64,000 nucleotides of DNA, from positions 166,184-230,183 of the forward strand of contig CAVXYE010000018.1 in assembly GCA_963765865.1 (NCBI GenBank), given 5' to 3'. The translations under genes were made by a program, and so were the position numbers. The notes under the pieces are model-generated. The model worked only from the letters and a program-made list of their open reading frames with translations. It had not been told where the DNA came from and made no database searches. This document shows positions 30,314 to 40,639 of the stretch, one piece after another (within the stretch, counting starts at the first letter, position 1; every line of letters starts with the position of its first letter). Source of the stretch: an uncultured Actinomycetes bacterium (lineage in GTDB: Bacteria > Actinomycetota > UBA4738 > HRBIN12).

Positions 30314-31294
30314 ATGGCCGAACGCGACCACAACCCCTCGGGCCGTCGCCTGCATCTGCCGATCGTCGGGGTGACGAACGGACCCGGCGTGAACACGCGC
30401 GGCTCCCGTAAGCCGCCGTGGCTCAAGGTCCGGCTCGCGACGGGCCCCAACTACACCGAGCTGAAAGGGCTGATGCGCGACGCCTCATTGCACACCGTCT
30501 GCGAGGAGGCGATGTGCCCCAACATCGGCGAGTGCTGGGAGGAGCGCGAGGCCACCTTCTTGATCCTCGGAGCGAAGTGCACCCGCCGTTGCGGGTTCTG
30601 CGACGTCATGACCGCGAAGCCCGATCCGGTCGACGAGGACGAGCCTCGCCGGCTCGCCGAAACGGTCCGAGCGATGGGGCTGCGCTACGTCGTCCTCACC
30701 GGCGTCGCGCGGGACGATCTTCCCGACGGTGGCGCTCACGTGTGGGCCGCCGCGGTTCGCGCGATCAAGGACGCGGTGCCGGGCATCGGTACCGAGGTGC
30801 TGCCGTCGGACTTCAAGGGCGGCACGGATGACATCGCGACCGTTCTGGACGCCGGACCCGACGTGTTCGCGCACAACCTCGAGACGGTCCGTCGTCTGCA
30901 CGACCGCATCCGGCCCGCGTTCGGCTACGACCGCACCCTGGACGTGCTGCGCTTCGCGAAGCGCCACCGTCCGGGCCAGGTCACGAAGTCGAACCTCATC
31001 CTGGGGATGGGCGAGCGACCGGAAGAGATCGCGACGGCGATGAGCGACCTGGTGGACGCCCGCGTCGACATCCTCACGATGGGTCAGTACCTCCAGCCCA
31101 CGGCGTACCACCTTCCCGTGGACCGATGGGTCACGCCCGACGAGTTCGAGGAGCACGCCCGGGTGGGCGAGGAGCTCGGGCTCGCGCACGTGGAGGCGGG
31201 GCCGCTGGTTCGATCCAGCTACCACGCCGGCGCGCAGTTCCGGCGGGCGCTCGACGCCTCGGCTCCGGTCGCGCAGGGCGCGATCAGGCGTTAA
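30314..31294 (+). CDS. lipA: Lipoyl synthase
   Basis: [28 protein letters not shown]. Confidence 0.97.
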   Translation: MAERDHNPSGRRLHLPIVGVTNGPGVNTRGSRKPPWLKVRLATGPNYTELKGLMRDASLHTVCEEAMCPNIGECWEEREATFLILGAKCTRRCGFCDVMTAKPDPVDEDEPRRLAETVRAMGLRYVVLTGVARDDLPDGGAHVWAAAVRAIKDAVPGIGTEVLPSDFKGGTDDIATVLDAGPDVFAHNLETVRRLHDRIRPAFGYDRTLDVLRFAKRHRPGQVTKSNLILGMGERPEEIATAMSDLVDARVDILTMGQYLQPTAYHLPVDRWVTPDEFEEHARVGEELGLAHVEAGPLVRSSYHAGAQFRRALDASAPVAQGAIRR

Positions 31295-31331
31295 GCGGTT
31301 ACCTGAGCCGCGGGCTCGCTCTGGAAGAACT

Positions 31332-31383
31332 TGTCAGCATGTTCACGAGGACGAAGGCCGTCGGAGTCGTGAACATGTTGACA
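31332..31383. repeat. 17-bp inverted repeat (long hairpin) between convergent genes
   Basis: TGTCAGCATGTTCACGA-N18-TCGTGAACATGTTGACA, 16/17 complementary. Confidence 0.8.
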
Positions 31384-31449
31384 TTCGTCTGAGCAGCGAC
31401 CCAGGGAGACGCCGCTACCCCTTGTCGATCTGCGTCGGCCGAAGCCTGC

Positions 31450-31851
31450 TCAGGTCGCTTCGGCCAACTTCTCGGCGAGGGCGGGCAGCATGCGCACGGC
31501 GATCGTCGGGTGGTCCTCGAGCAGGCGTGCGAAGTCTTTCCGAGCGAGCGCCCAGCACCGCACGCCCGTCGTCGCGCGGACGCGGGCTGTCCGCGGCCGG
31601 TCGGTTAGCAAGGCGATCTCACCGAAGAAGTCCCCAGGTCCGCGCGTCACCACGCGCCCGTTGAGCTCCACCTGGACCTCGCCGTCTTGGATCACGAACA
31701 GCCCCGAGCCCGGCTGCCCGATCTCGACGAGCACCTGACCGGCCGGTGCCTCGAACGAGGTCATGCACCCGGCAAGGTCCGCCATGGCGCTGCCGTCGAG
31801 GCTGGCGAACAGGGGGATCGCACGGAGCGCGCTCTCCGGGTCGGCGTCCAC
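31450..31851 (-). CDS. Stand-alone cyclic nucleotide-binding domain protein
   Basis: LRAIPLF, GDFFGEIALL..PRTARV phosphate-binding cassette. Confidence 0.85.
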   Translation of the reverse strand: MDADPESALRAIPLFASLDGSAMADLAGCMTSFEAPAGQVLVEIGQPGSGLFVIQDGEVQVELNGRVVTRGPGDFFGEIALLTDRPRTARVRATTGVRCWALARKDFARLLEDHPTIAVRMLPALAEKLAEAT

Positions 31852-31862
31852 GAACGCGAACC

Positions 31863-32415
31863 CTAGCGCATGCGGCTCGCCGCGCGGAGGTCGGCGAACC
31901 GCCGGGTCAGGTCGTCGAGCTGATGGTGCGCGTTCAACCCGCTCGGGTTCGGGAGGACCCAGACTGCTGATCTCCGCGAGCGCGTCGTCCTGTGGACCGA
32001 GCTCGGCCTTCGTACGGTCGAAGCCGGTCCTGTATGCCGTGATGCCCAGGATCGCGACGACATCCGGTCGGAACCGGGCGATCTTCGCCTCGAGCGCGCC
32101 GCGTCCCGTCCGGAGCTCTTCCGCGGTCAACTCCGCCGCCGAGGCGGTCGTCCGGTCGACCAGGTTCGTGATGCCGAGGCCTACGGTCGGCAGATCCTGA
32201 TCGTCGAACGGCGACCACTCGTGGTCGGTGAACCCCGAAGCGTGGAGCGCCTTCCAGAAGCGATTGCCGGGCCGTGCGAAGTGGTGGCCGACGGCGGCCG
32301 AGTAGAGGCCCGGGTTGATGCCGACGAACACGACGTCCAGCCCGGGAGCGAGCACGTCGGACACGAACCGCTGTCGCGCCGCATCAAGATCTTCGCGGGT
32401 CGGCGGGGTCGGCAT
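31863..32415 (-). CDS. mug: G/U mismatch-specific DNA glycosylase; frameshift near 31968
   Basis: VGINPG, GHHFARPGNRFW, then in a shifted frame VWVLPNPSGLNAH. Confidence 0.88.
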
Positions 32416-32439
32416 GTCCACGCGAGCGTATCGAGGAGG

Positions 32440-32841
<402 letters not shown>

Positions 32842-32858
32842 ACCCCGACGGTACCGCG

Positions 32859-33278
32859 TCAACGGCCCCGCGAGGACAGCCACGCATCGACCCCCTCGTT
32901 TGCCAGTCGGTCGGCTTCGGCGTTCCGCTCCCGCGGGACGTGCTCGTAACGGATCCGTTCGAACCCCGAAGCGAGCTCGCGGAGCTTCCGATGGAGCGGC
33001 TGCAGGTGCGGTGTCTTCACCTTGTACGTGCCGGTGAGCTGGTTGATCAAGAGCTGGCTGTCCGACCGCAGCAGGACGTCGGTGGCGCCGAGCTCGCGCG
33101 CCCGTTCGAGCCCGAGGATGGCTGCGGTGTACTCGGCGACGTTGTTCGTGGTCTCGCCGAGTCCCTCCGAGATCTCCGCGACGACCTCGCCGTCGGGCGT
33201 CGTGAGCTGCGATCCGGCGCCGGCCGGGCCGGGGTTGCCGCGCGCCGCCCCGTCGCACCAAACGATCAGCGAGGTCAC
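32859..33278 (-). CDS. rnhA: Ribonuclease HI (stand-alone)
   Basis: DGAARGNPGPAG, TNNVAEY, DSQL, HVPRERNAEADRLAN. Confidence 0.92.
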   Translation of the reverse strand: MTSLIVWCDGAARGNPGPAGAGSQLTTPDGEVVAEISEGLGETTNNVAEYTAAILGLERARELGATDVLLRSDSQLLINQLTGTYKVKTPHLQPLHRKLRELASGFERIRYEHVPRERNAEADRLANEGVDAWLSSRGR

Positions 33279-33982
33279 AGCACGAGGATCCGGCGGCAGT
33301 ACTCGCAGCGGGCGATCCCCTCGGTCCGCTTCACGCGGTCGAGCTCCACCGACGAGAGCTTCTCGTGACATCCCTGGCACACACCGTCGACGAGCGCCAC
33401 CGCCGCCACACCCTTCTTCTGCGGCCGGAGCTCGTCGTAGAGCTCGAGGAGCTCCGGGTCGATCCCGGCCGCGAGTCGCGCGCGCTCGTCCCGGCGTGCA
33501 ACCAGATCGGTGGTGACCGTGCTCAGTTCGCGCGCCGCATCTCCGGCCACGTGATCGACGGCGATCCGGAGCTCGGTCGCGTGTTCCTCCGCTTCCTTGG
33601 CTCGTCGCTCGACATCCTCCCGACGCTCGAGCACGACGAGCAGCTCGTCTTCACGCTCGGACTTCCGCTTCTTGAGGTTGTCGACCTCGTGTTGGATCGA
33701 TGCGAGCTCTTTCACGTTCGCGACGGCTCCTCCGTAGAGGCGGCTCTCTTCGTCGGCAGCTTTGCGGGTCATCGAATCGATCTCGTGCTCGAGCTTGGCG
33801 GCGTCGCGGTCGAACGTGTCGATCGACAGGCGGAGCTCGCCGAGCTCACGCTCGGCGAGCTCCGCCTGGGCGCGCGCCGCCGCGAGCTCACCCTCGCCTT
33901 CGAGTGCCCGCTTGCGTGCATCCAGTCGATCGATCGCCGAGTCGATCGCTTGCAGGTCGAGCAGTTGTGAGGGTGCCACCAT
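33275..33982 (-). CDS. Coiled-coil C4-type zinc ribbon protein (DUF164/zf-RING_7)
   Basis: LLDLQAID, long coiled coil, CQGC..CEYCRRIL. Confidence 0.9.
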   Translation of the reverse strand: MVAPSQLLDLQAIDSAIDRLDARKRALEGEGELAAARAQAELAERELGELRLSIDTFDRDAAKLEHEIDSMTRKAADEESRLYGGAVANVKELASIQHEVDNLKKRKSEREDELLVVLERREDVERRAKEAEEHATELRIAVDHVAGDAARELSTVTTDLVARRDERARLAAGIDPELLELYDELRPQKKGVAAVALVDGVCQGCHEKLSSVELDRVKRTEGIARCEYCRRILVL

Positions 33983-34022
33983 CGGCTGCGGAGCCTAGCC
34001 GATGGCGGCGGATACGAGGGAG

Positions 34023-34454
34023 CTACGCCGGCGGCATGGCCGGCGGCGGGGGCGGTGGGGGCGCCATCGCACCCGGCGACGCTATCGGACCTCGGTAGGT
34101 GGACGAGCCGAACGCCAGGATCATCAGGAAGATCCAGCTGAGGAAGATCAGCCCCAGCGTGAAGGCGGTGCCGTGACCGAAGCTCTTCGAGAGGTCGTTC
34201 AGCACGATGATCAGGATCACGATGTTCACGATCGGGACGAAGAACAGGATGATCCACCACACCGGTCGTCCGACGACCTCCAGGAGCACGATCGTGCTGT
34301 AGATCGGGATGAACGCTGCCCAGGCCGGGCGTCCCGCCTTCGTGAAGATCCCGTAGTAGGGGATCACCAGCAGGACATAGATGATGACGAACCACAGGAA
34401 GAACGCACCACCCGACATCCCGTTGTTGCCGTAATCGGTCGCTTGCACGAACAT
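34023..34454 (-). CDS. DUF5684-like membrane protein
   Basis: IFTKAGRPAWAAFIPIY, GRPVWW, LSKSFG; GGAGGGAG SD. Confidence 0.8.
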   Translation of the reverse strand: MFVQATDYGNNGMSGGAFFLWFVIIYVLLVIPYYGIFTKAGRPAWAAFIPIYSTIVLLEVVGRPVWWIILFFVPIVNIVILIIVLNDLSKSFGHGTAFTLGLIFLSWIFLMILAFGSSTYRGPIASPGAMAPPPPPPPAMPPA

Positions 34455-34584
34455 CGCGTGCTCCCTCCGCCAGGTCGACCGCGTGAGCGTCGCACCGCTG
34501 GTCGGACGAAGCAACGACCCCGGTCGTGGGGGGCCGGCGCGCCCGAACGGGCGCGCCGGCCCCACCGCGCCGTCTTGCGTTCAG

Positions 34585-34612
34585 TTTTCGGCCGATCGCA
34601 GGCGGGGTTGAG
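34585..34612 (-). promoter_or_regulatory. Sigma28/WhiG-type promoter
   Basis: Minus strand CTCA-N16-GCCGAAAA upstream of the DUF5684-like gene. Confidence 0.55.
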
Positions 34613-34648
34613 GTGGCCTGATGAGGCGGACGGTACGCTTCGGCCCGT

Positions 34649-35428
34649 ATGGATGCCGAGCTCGCGGACAAGGTCGCCCTCGTCACCGGAGCCGGCTCCC
34701 CCACCGGGATCGGGTTCGCGACGGCGAAGATCCTGGGACGGGAAGGAGCCGCCGTCGCGATCTGTTCGACCACGGAACGGATCCACGAGCGGGCGGCGGA
34801 ACTGCACGACACGGGCACGCGCGCCGCGGGATTCGCCGCCGACCTGACCGACCGCGGACAGGTGCGCGAGATGGTCGACGCGGTGGTCGAGGCCTTCGGC
34901 CGGGTCGACGTCCTCGTCAACAACGCCGGCATGGTGCACGTGGGGATGGACGGACAGCCCGGCGGGCCCTTCCTCGATCTCTCCGACACGGACTGGGACC
35001 TCGACCTGCGGCTCAACCTCGATACGGCCTACGCCGTCACGCGCGCAGCGGTGCCCGGGATGGTCCATCGCGGTTGGGGTCGCGTCGTGATGGTCTCTTC
35101 CGTGACGGGTTCGATCGCGACCAACGCCGGTTCGGCGGGCTATGCCGCGGCGAAGGCCGGCATGGACGGGTTGATGCGGACCGTCGCGCTGGAGGTCGGC
35201 CATGCCGGCGTCACCGTCAACTCCGTGGCCCCCGGCTGGATCGCGACGGGTTCGCAACTCCCGGAAGAGGCCGCCGCCGGGGTGCACACCCCGATCGGCC
35301 GGTCGGGAACGCCCGAGGAGGTCGCCGAGGTGATCGCGTTCCTCGCGAGCGAGCGCGCGAGCTACGTGACCGGAACCCTCATCGTCGTCGACGGCGGCAA
35401 CACGATCCAGGAGACCAAGGGAAGCTGA
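34649..35428 (+). CDS. SDR family oxidoreductase
   Basis: TGAGSPTGIG, NNAG, YAAAK, NSVAPG, DGG. Confidence 0.93.
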   Translation: MDAELADKVALVTGAGSPTGIGFATAKILGREGAAVAICSTTERIHERAAELHDTGTRAAGFAADLTDRGQVREMVDAVVEAFGRVDVLVNNAGMVHVGMDGQPGGPFLDLSDTDWDLDLRLNLDTAYAVTRAAVPGMVHRGWGRVVMVSSVTGSIATNAGSAGYAAAKAGMDGLMRTVALEVGHAGVTVNSVAPGWIATGSQLPEEAAAGVHTPIGRSGTPEEVAEVIAFLASERASYVTGTLIVVDGGNTIQETKGS

Positions 35429-35430
35429 GG

Positions 35431-36190
35431 GTGCAGCCGCCTCGTTTCCGAACGGCCGTGCTGACCGCGGTCACGCTCATCATCGTCATCACGTGCATCC
35501 GCTTGGGCTTCTGGCAGCTCGACCGTCTCCACGGACGCAAGGACGCGAACGCCGCGATCGCGGCCGCCGAGGCATCACCCCCTCGCGCCGTGCCGGCCCT
35601 GCTCGCCGGAACGAACGACCCCACGTCGCTCCGTTTCCGCCCCGCCCTGGCCACCGGGACCTACGACCCGGCGCACGAGGTGCTGCTGTACGGCAGGTCA
35701 TCGGTCGAGGGAGAGCCGGGCGATCAGGTGTTGACCCCGCTTCGGCTCCCCGATGGGACCGCACTCGTGGTGGATCGCGGCTGGATCCCCATCGACGAGG
35801 GAGTGCCCGTCGCCGGCGAGGCCGCCGCGCCGACCGGGACCGTCACGGTCGGAGGCGTCCTGTTCCCGCCGGACGCGCTCACCGTCCCGACCGGGACCGC
35901 ATCACCGGTCGAGCGGATCACGAAGGTCGATCTGGGACAGGTCGGAGCGCAGCTCCCCTATCCCATCCTGCCGATCTATCTGCTCCTGCAGACCCAACAG
36001 CCGCCGCAGCAGGGGTCCCTGCCGGAGCCGCCCGCCACTGCCACCGCTCACGAACGGGCCGCATCTGTCCTACGCGTTCCAGTGGTTCTCGTTCGCGACG
36101 ATCGCGATCGTCGGCTGCATCGTGTTGCTGCGGCGCGACCGCCGCGACGAAGTCGCGGCGGTCGCGCCTCACCGAGGAGAGGAGGTCTGA
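35431..36190 (+). CDS. SURF1 family protein; frameshift near 36031
   Basis: LGFWQLDR, VLTPL, VDRGWIP, then in a shifted frame PHLSYAFQWFSF. Confidence 0.88.
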
Positions 36191-36472
36191 ATGGGCTGCT
36201 TGTTCGCCATCCTGGCGCTCATCACCCCGCGGTTCGTGGTCTTCGTGATGTGGATCTTCACCGACTACCTGGCCACGGCCTACGGGAGCTGGTTCTGGCC
36301 GACGCTCGGCTTCTTCGTCGCGCCGACGACGACGCTCGCCTACGCCGTCGCGCGGAACGATCTTTCGACCGCGACCGGAGCGATCACGGCCGCGGGGACG
36401 CTCCTGATCGTCGTGGGCGTCCTGATCGACATCGGGCTGATCGGCGGCGGTGCTCGCGGGCGGCGCTCGTGA
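36191..36472 (+). CDS. Small hypothetical membrane protein
   Basis: GGAGG SD; three hydrophobic segments. Confidence 0.65.
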   Translation: MGCLFAILALITPRFVVFVMWIFTDYLATAYGSWFWPTLGFFVAPTTTLAYAVARNDLSTATGAITAAGTLLIVVGVLIDIGLIGGGARGRRS

Positions 36473-36541
36473 GCTGCTGACGGGAATACGCCGGGCCCTG
36501 CGCGCCGTTCCGCGGGGCACAGACCGAACGGAGGCTCCTCG

Positions 36542-37504
36542 ATGCCCGCACTGACACCCGCCGATGCCACGATCCTGCCGCGCGTCGATCCCGCCGAAGG
36601 CGAGCCCAGTCGCCCCGTCGTCGACGTCGTGGACGCGCCGTCGTTCCTCGAAGGCGAGGGGTTCAAGGTCCGGCGAGCGACCGCCGGCATCAACCTCAGC
36701 CTCGCCGACCCGTTCCTGATGCTCGATCACATGGGAGCCGTGGAGTACGCGCCCGGAGAGGCGAAGGGTGCGCCGGACCATCCCCACCGGGGGTTCGAAA
36801 CCGTGACCTACATGATGGACGGGAAGATCCGGCACCGTGACTCCTACGGCGGGGGCGGGATCATCACCGACGGCGCCACGCAGTGGATGACCGCGGGCTC
36901 CGGCGTCGTACACAGCGAGATGCCGACCGAGGATCTGCTGCAGGGCGGCGGGCTCTTCCACGGCGTCCAGCTGTGGGTGAACCTGCCGGCGGTGCAGAAG
37001 TGGACGCCGCCCGCCTATCAGGACCTCGAGCCCGCCCAGGTGGGGTTGGTCGCGTCAGAAGACGCCGGGGCGGTCGTCCGGCTGATCGCCGGCGACCTGG
37101 GCGGCATGAGCGGCCCGGGCGTGACTCGGACGCCGATCACCTACGCTCACGCCACCCTCGCGCCCGGCGCGCGACTGCGGACCCGGTGGCGCCCCGAGTT
37201 CAACGCCCTGGCGTACGTGCTGTCCGGACGCGGCACCGTCGGGGCCGAGCGCCGGCCGATCCACGAAGGTCAGCTGGCCGTGTTCGGCGATGGCGCAGCG
37301 GTCGAGCTCGGCTCCGACGCCACCCAGGAGGAGAAGGACCGCGCAGGGCTGGAGGTGCTGCTGCTCGGCGGCCTGCCGATCCGCGAGCAGGTGTCCTGGT
37401 ACGGGCCGTTCGTGATGAACACGAAGGAAGAGATCATCGAGGCGATCGAGGACTACCAGGCCGGCCGCATGGGCTCGATCCCGCCGGGGCTCAGCCGGAC
37501 CTGA
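36542..37504 (+). CDS. Pirin family protein
   Basis: DPFLMLD, HPHRGFETVTY, MTAGSGVVHSE, QLWVNLP, GPFVMNT. Confidence 0.95.
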   Translation: MPALTPADATILPRVDPAEGEPSRPVVDVVDAPSFLEGEGFKVRRATAGINLSLADPFLMLDHMGAVEYAPGEAKGAPDHPHRGFETVTYMMDGKIRHRDSYGGGGIITDGATQWMTAGSGVVHSEMPTEDLLQGGGLFHGVQLWVNLPAVQKWTPPAYQDLEPAQVGLVASEDAGAVVRLIAGDLGGMSGPGVTRTPITYAHATLAPGARLRTRWRPEFNALAYVLSGRGTVGAERRPIHEGQLAVFGDGAAVELGSDATQEEKDRAGLEVLLLGGLPIREQVSWYGPFVMNTKEEIIEAIEDYQAGRMGSIPPGLSRT

Positions 37505-37506
37505 CG

Positions 37507-37893
37507 TCAGAAGCGGTTGCGCATCGACTCGGCGGCCGTGTCGAAGTACGCCTCGAGGGCGTCGCGGATGTCGGGCTCCGGTTCGAGGGATGCGACGGCC
37601 GCCCGCATGTGCGTCAGCCAGTGGTCTCGTTCCTCAGGCCCGATCGCGAACGGCGCGTGGCGCATCCTGAGCCTCGGGTGGCCTCGCTCGTCCGAGTAGG
37701 TCGTCGGACCTCCCCAGTACTGAGCGAGGAATAACGACAGGTGCCGGCGCGCGGCGGCGAGGTCCTCCGGATGGGGATACAGGCGCAGCAACAGCGGATC
37801 GCCCTCGACCCCCTCGTAGAACCGGTCGACGAGCCGCTCGAAGAACGGCAACCCGCCGACGCGTTCATAGACGCTCATCTCCGAGACGGACAC
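37507..37893 (-). CDS. Group II truncated hemoglobin (GlbO-like)
   Basis: YERVGG, LVDRFY, FLAQYWGGP..Y...RGHPRLRMRH. Confidence 0.92.
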   Translation of the reverse strand: MSVSEMSVYERVGGLPFFERLVDRFYEGVEGDPLLLRLYPHPEDLAAARRHLSLFLAQYWGGPTTYSDERGHPRLRMRHAPFAIGPEERDHWLTHMRAAVASLEPEPDIRDALEAYFDTAAESMRNRF

Positions 37894-37962
37894 CGAACGA
37901 GTCTACGGACGCCCGCGGCGCAGTCGTGCGAGGATGGGCCTTCGTCGTCGAGGGAGGGCGCC

Positions 37963-38178
37963 ATGAGCGAGAGCATCTACCGCGTCACCGAAGTGATCGG
38001 GACGAGCACCGAGTCGTGGGAGGACGCGGCCAAACACGCCGTCGAGACGGCGGCGGCCACGCTCCGTGACCTTCGCATCGGTGAGGTCGTCAAGCTGGAC
38101 GTCACGATCGACGACGGCCACGTGACGCACTACCGCGCGAGGGTCGCCATCTCGTTCAAGTACGAGCACGGCAACTAG
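37963..38178 (+). CDS. Dodecin family protein
   Basis: YRVTEVIGTS.ESWEDAA, TLRDLR, ISFKY. Confidence 0.9.
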   Translation: MSESIYRVTEVIGTSTESWEDAAKHAVETAAATLRDLRIGEVVKLDVTIDDGHVTHYRARVAISFKYEHGN

Positions 38179-38322
38179 CGCTCAGGCCGTCGACGGCCCA
38201 GGCGTTGTCCCCTGAACGGGGCCTCCCGCGGGTGCCCGCGGACCGGGACCTTCGACTGATTGTGTGCGCACAGCCGGTCGGAGACACTTGTGCCGCTTCT
38301 CGTCCCGAAGGGGCTCGGGTCC

Positions 38323-40426
38323 ATGCAGAACAGGGTGAAGCGGCGCGGCCTGGCGTTGCTCGTGACCGTCGGGCTGCTCGCCGCCCCGCTCGCTTTCCCG
38401 CTCGCGGCGCCCGCCGCGGCATCCCCTCACGACCCGCACCACGCGTCGAAGCACGGGCACGCCCTCGTCGACCGCAACGGTGACCATCTCTCGGACGGGC
38501 TCGATGCGAAGCTGTCGCAGGCGAAGTCCACGGCTCGCCTTGATGTCGTCGCCACGTTCGCGAACCGAGGCTCGATGCGAGGGGCTCGCCGAGCCCTCGG
38601 ACATGTGGACACGACGTTCTCACTCATCCCCGGGTTCGTGGCTCGTCTCACGCCGGGGCAGGTCCGGTCGATGGCGCACCGATCGGGGGTCGTCCGCGTC
38701 GAGCAGGATTTCGCGATCCATGCGCTCGACGATGTGGCGAACCGCGACTTCGGCGTCGCGGCGGCGCAGAACACCTTCTCGGCGACGGGAGCAGGGACGG
38801 AGGTCTGCGTCGTCGACACCGGCGTCGACCCGAACCACGAGCAGCTCGACTCGAAGGGGCCGATCCCGTGGATGGACTACATCAACGGTCGACCGACCCC
38901 GTATGACGACCAAGGCCACGGCACCCACGTCGCGTCGATCGCCGTGGGCGACGGGGTCGGCCCGGGTTCGATCGCCCAGCTGATGAAAGGCGTCGCACCC
39001 GCAGCGCACCTGTCGGCCGCCAAGGTCCTCGATTCGACCGGTTCGGGCGATGACTCGCTGGGGATCCTCGGGATCCAGTGGTGTGCCGGCCGCGCGAGCG
39101 TCGACGTCATCTCGCTCAGCCTCGGATCGGACGTGCCGTCCGACGGTCTGGACGGGCTGTCGCGAGCGGTCGATGCCGCCGTGCTGAACCACGGCAAGAT
39201 CGTGGTCGCTGCCGCGGGGAACGGCGGCGACCTGCCCGGAACGATCACCTCACCGGGTTCGGCTGCGCAGGCGATCACGGTCGGGGCGACGGCGGATTGG
39301 TCCTCGACCGTCCCCCAGTACGGAGCGCAGGGCCCCTTCCTCGCCTGGTTCTCGAGCCGTGGACCGACCCTGGACAACCGGACGAAGCCCGACATCGTCG
39401 CGCCCGGAGTGAACATCGGGGCGGCCCTCGCGAACTCGACATCCGATTACGTCACGGAGAGCGGGACGTCGATGGCGACGCCGTACGTATCGGGGGTCGC
39501 CGCGTTGCTCCGGCAGAAGCAGCCGGCCTGGACCCAGGCGAACGTGCGCGCCGACATCGAAGGCACGGCCCTCGACGTCGGTCCTTCCGGCAAGGACAAC
39601 GAGTGGGGAGCCGGTCTGCTCGACGGCTATGCGGCCGTCGCCGCAGCCGCCGGCGGGTCCGGAGCTACGCCCTTCCCCGTGTATCAGCACTTCACCCGCT
39701 CGGTCGCCGACTCGAGCGTGTCGAACACGGCCTTCACCCTGGCGCCTGGGGACCTCGGGGTGCCGATCGCGGCGACGATCACGATCGAAGGCTCCGCCAT
39801 CTGCACCCTCGACCTCGGACCCCTCGGCTGCCTGATGTACGAATGGAGTCCCGATCTCGACGCGCAGCTCTTCGATCCGAACGGGTTCGCAGTCACCGAA
39901 AGCACCTGCGCCGCCGGGACCGAGTGCAGCGTCGGCCGCCAGGAGACCCTGCATTGGATCCCGACCCTTGCCGGCACGTACACGATCCGCGTCACGCCGT
40001 ACTCGGATGAGCCAGAACCCCGGCAAGGGCGGATCCTTCTCGATCGACCTGTTCCACGGCCCCGCTGGGACCGCGCCGCCTCCTCCTCCTCCGCCCGCGA
40101 CCGTGCACGTAGGCGATCTGGACGACACGAGCGCGCTGCTCGCTACCGGCTGGCGCGCACAGGTGCGGATCCTGGTCGAGGATCAGAACCAGGCGGTCGT
40201 TGCGGGCGCCGTCGTGACCGGCAAGTGGCCGAACGGCACCACGGGCACCTGCACGACCAACGTGAGCGGTCTCTGCAAGATCGATCGGAAGCTCGCGAAG
40301 TCGAAGCTCTCGATCGTGTTCACCGTCACGAAGGTCACTTCGGCCGTCGGCGCCTACAAGCCGGCCGATAACCACGATCCCGACGGCGACAGCACCGGCA
40401 CGAAGATCACGCTCGTCAAGCCCTAG
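38323..40426 (+). CDS. Secreted S8 (subtilisin-like) serine protease; frameshift near 40010
   Basis: Signal peptide, VDTG, GHGTHVA, AAGN, SGTSMATP; C-terminal beta-rich domains. Confidence 0.9.
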
Positions 40427-40639
40427 CGCGGATCCGGCGAAGAGTAGCTCGACCAGCGTTCGGGCGTACGCGTCCCGCATGGCACTGACCGCTCGCTCGT
40501 AGGCCCGTCCGTCGCAGTACATCGTGTACGCCAGGCGCATGGCGACGGGGAGCCGTGGGCGTGCGAAGAATCGAGTATCCGAGCAGAGCTGGTGCCAACG
40601 CGGGCTGATCCCCGCAGGTCCCAGCGGAAAGGACACCCC

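Noticed and set aside
31450-32421. Apparent Mug-cNMP fusion (323-aa ORF)
   Set aside because: The Mug C-terminal motif VLPNPSGLNAH is in another frame ending at 31863; a frameshift creates the false fusion
38181-38208. Fourth sigma28-like promoter (CTCA-N16-GGCGTTGT) before the S8 protease
   Set aside because: Two mismatches in the GCCGA core; too weak in GC-rich DNA
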